Shown piece by piece: positions 61,386 through 64,000 of a stretch of 64,000 nucleotides of DNA (its first letter is position 1; each line of letters opens with the position of its first letter). A program made the translations under genes and the position numbers. The notes under the pieces are model-generated. The model did not search any database and was not told the DNA's origin. It saw only the letters and a program-made list of their open reading frames with translations. Source of the DNA: Chloroflexia bacterium (lineage in GTDB: Bacteria > Chloroflexota > Chloroflexia > QHBQ01 > JADMIH01); the NCBI GenBank assembly GCA_035474135.1, contig DATINP010000033.1, positions 2,334 to 66,333 on the forward strand, in the 5' to 3' direction.

Positions 61386-63482
61386 CTAGTTGTGGGAAGC
61401 AAACTGCATATCGTCCACGAAGTAAGCAGGCTGAGCGCTGCCTTTACTATCCTGCAGGACGATCGCGCTGATTACCCGGTTGGTTCCATTCAGGTCGGCA
61501 AGAGGTATGGATACCTGTCGCCAGGTATTTCGAGCGATACTGCCTCCACTGATGTACTGGTTCAGCGGAAGCGAAACTAGATACGTGCCATCGGCAGCAG
61601 CCAGATTTACATCAACGCGCTGGCCTGAACTGGTTCCACCATTGATCCAGAAGGTCAGGCGGTCATAGGGTGTCGTGTTGAAGCCATTGTGCGCCAGTTG
61701 GAAACCTCCCCAGGCTGACGTGTATTTTATGCGGACCGATTTGGTGCCACTATGCACGTACGCCGTACTTGCGAGGTCGATCGTCGAACGCCACGACCAG
61801 TCCTGCCAACCAGGCTGTAGGGCATCAATGTATACAGGCGACACTACGCTACTGGTCGCGGTGGCTCTTGGCGTATTTGTAGCCCTTGGTGTATTTGTAG
61901 CCGGCACGGACGTATTAGTAGCTGCGCGAGTTGGCGTGCGCGTGGCCGTACGTGTTGGAGTGTTCGTAGCTACAGGAGTTGTACTTGTCCTGGCTGTGGC
62001 CGTGCGTGTGGCTGTTCTGGTAGCCGTCGGTACTGATGTATTGGTAGCTACAGACGTCGCGCTTGATCTAGGTGTGGCTGTACGGGTCGCCGTACGCGTA
62101 GCCGTGGCAATTGCTGTCCTCGTGGCTGTAGCTGTACGTGTGGCTGTTGCTATCGCTGTCCTTGTGGCCGTGGGAACGCCAACGGTGCTAGTAGGAATCG
62201 GTGTGGGAGTACCCTGAGTTCCACCGGGCAAAGGCAAGGTGCCTCCGCTATAATAAGCGCCCGTATTGACGCGTATATAACCGCCATCGTCATCAGCAAC
62301 AGTCGCAACCATGTTATTTCCGTTGATGGGTGCGGGGTTGGTAACGCCGTCCCCCTTCGAATCGAAGTAGTGCGACTGTCCGCCGGCTCCGGCCCCAAAC
62401 ATGAGACCGATTACCCCGTAATTAGCCCAGAGGCTCATGTGAGCGCGTCCGTTGCTTGAATTCAGGAAGTACTCCGGGCGATTGTCCTGGTAGTGCCCAT
62501 CGGTGTTGTTCTCGCTCCTGTATACTTCATTGCCGTTCGGCACCTGCCACATCAATGAGCGTTTGTTGGTAGCAGAGTCAATGCGACCGAGCCAGGCAGC
62601 TATCGTATCGAAGCTAGGCTCCTGAGAGCTATCATGCCACCAGCGATCCGAGCCGTAAGTAATCTGGTAGAAAGCGGCATCACGATCAAGCGGCGAGAAG
62701 AAGTTGAGACCATAGCCTGGTCCGAAGCTGTTGTGGTAAGTAGCTGTGCGGTCGGCATGCCCCTGCCAGTCGTAGTTGGGGTCGTTGCGCAGAGCGATCG
62801 TTAGGTCATAGTCCGCACCCCACAGCGAAAGGTCCTGGCCCAGCACTACATGGGGCGCATAGAGGTCTCGCAACTTAACGAGAGCCTGCCAGTAGTTGCG
62901 GAAGTTATCTGGCATACCTGCCAGTTCGGGCATACCTGAGCCGCCTACCTTGGTCGGTTGTAGGGCTGCATCATCGTTGGTATTGGACGAATTTTGCATC
63001 ATGACCCCATCGAGGTCCGGCTCAACGTTGACAAATGCAGCTCCACCGTCATTCATCTGTTGCATCAGCGTCTTAAAGTCGGTGTAGTACGATCTCATTG
63101 TGGTGGCATTGTTGAGGTTACTGTACTCGTCGTAGCTGGGCGCCGACTGCAATATCATGTAGTAGACGAAGCCGGGGATATACCCTCTCTGACGAGACTG
63201 CGATACGTAGTTACCCGCGTAATTGGTCCCCCAGGACTGCCAGCCCTCCCCCGTGTTTGCGCCGCCTGCCAGATACTGGTAGCGGTAGTCATAGGGGACT
63301 TCGGAGTGCATTTGCGAAAGGTCGCCGTTGAAAAGTCCGTAGCCGAAATGGTTAGGAAGGCCAGGGGGAATAGGTGGAAGAGCGGCTGCGTTGGTGTTCT
63401 GAGGTCTCTGGCCGCCTACCTCGAATCCTAAGACGGCAAACAGAATCGTCAGTGCCATTGAAATACGAATAATCTTTTTCAT
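61386..63482 (-). CDS. secreted carbohydrate-active protein: N-terminal putative glycoside-hydrolase-like domain, Thr/Ala/Arg-repeat linker, C-terminal CBM-like beta-sandwich domain
   Basis: start ATG 63482 with GGAGG RBS and signal peptide MKKIIRISMALTILFAVLG; about 100-aa (TATR)n linker; C-terminal domain with a CBM-like aromatic/Gly pattern (GWQDW, WGGFQL, FWINGG). Confidence 0.5.
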   Translation of the reverse strand: MKKIIRISMALTILFAVLGFEVGGQRPQNTNAAALPPIPPGLPNHFGYGLFNGDLSQMHSEVPYDYRYQYLAGGANTGEGWQSWGTNYAGNYVSQSRQRGYIPGFVYYMILQSAPSYDEYSNLNNATTMRSYYTDFKTLMQQMNDGGAAFVNVEPDLDGVMMQNSSNTNDDAALQPTKVGGSGMPELAGMPDNFRNYWQALVKLRDLYAPHVVLGQDLSLWGADYDLTIALRNDPNYDWQGHADRTATYHNSFGPGYGLNFFSPLDRDAAFYQITYGSDRWWHDSSQEPSFDTIAAWLGRIDSATNKRSLMWQVPNGNEVYRSENNTDGHYQDNRPEYFLNSSNGRAHMSLWANYGVIGLMFGAGAGGQSHYFDSKGDGVTNPAPINGNNMVATVADDDGGYIRVNTGAYYSGGTLPLPGGTQGTPTPIPTSTVGVPTATRTAIATATRTATATRTAIATATRTATRTATPRSSATSVATNTSVPTATRTATRTATARTSTTPVATNTPTRTATRTPTRAATNTSVPATNTPRATNTPRATATSSVVSPVYIDALQPGWQDWSWRSTIDLASTAYVHSGTKSVRIKYTSAWGGFQLAHNGFNTTPYDRLTFWINGGTSSGQRVDVNLAAADGTYLVSLPLNQYISGGSIARNTWRQVSIPLADLNGTNRVISAIVLQDSKGSAQPAYFVDDMQFASHN

Positions 63483-64000
63483 TTTAGACTCCTCTTGCTG
63501 GGCGAGGTGAAGTAGATGATAACAAGTGGGAGTGATTGGAAAGAACTGTGAGACTCTCCGGAGTGTGCTTGCCCGGGCAGCAATGGTTGCTAGTGCAGCG
63601 GGTGTGCAAATTGGTGTAACCCCTGCGCTACATGAATGGTGGCTCAACGAGCCTATTCAGTTTGATGAAGGAAATAAAAGTCGCCGATTAGGCGTCAATA
63701 GGAAGAAGAGTTGAAGGTCGACCACCGGTCGGTGGTTAGCATCCACATAGCAAATTGTATGCCATGTGCTTCCTACAGCCTGGTGAGCCACCTACCGCAG
63801 CGGACCAGGCGCCTGCTGTGGAGAGTAATATTTCCCATCAACTACTCGACTACTATGTCGGGACGACTGTACGTCCATTACTAAACTGTACCAAAATCGC
63901 GAACGCACTTGCAAGCCGTATAGTAGTACAGATTACGTAAACTTTGCGTAGCCTTATACGTAACCTACAAATACTGTTATCTACGTATTAATGCTTACGC

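Noticed and set aside
61675-62217. Plus-strand ORF with VAVRVAV repeats
   Set aside because: It is the antisense of the (TATR)n linker of the minus-strand CAZyme gene.

Overview
High-GC (about 60-65%) bacterial chromosomal segment. The lineage cannot be determined from sequence alone; gene content (SLH-domain protein, HspR/HAIR-type heat-shock control, Wzx/Wzy glycan genes, IF-2 and PNPase with RGG-like low-complexity extensions) suggests a Gram-positive-like or Chloroflexota-like organism, which is inference only. Housekeeping blocks: rpsO-pnp; a guaB gene; a dnaJ-hspR pair followed by clpB; and the conserved minus-strand operon nusA-ylxR-infB-rbfA-nrnA-truB-(hypothetical)-ribF. Accessory content: (i) a Wzx/Wzy-dependent polysaccharide locus of about 16 kb (9.6-25.3 kb) containing two tandem clan GH-A hydrolase-like genes, the second fused in one reading frame to an O-antigen-polymerase/ligase-like membrane domain; (ii) a family of intercistronic elements built from tandem 7-10-mer units with dyad symmetry, which punctuate that locus and recur between nrnA and truB; (iii) a low-GC islet of about 2.5 kb inserted at the 3' end of clpB, flanked by 95-bp direct repeats of the clpB terminus, starting with a perfect 34-bp-arm palindrome and carrying a frameshifted SLH-domain gene; (iv) an acidic protein with strict 11-residue periodicity next to PAP2 and CPBP membrane enzymes; (v) an AT-rich, MITE-like pair of 33-bp inverted repeats inside the infB-rbfA spacer; (vi) a cytochrome P450 plus Rieske ferredoxin pair. 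No rRNA, tRNA or CRISPR array was recognised. All calls rest on reading the six-frame translations and the raw sequence; no database search was possible.
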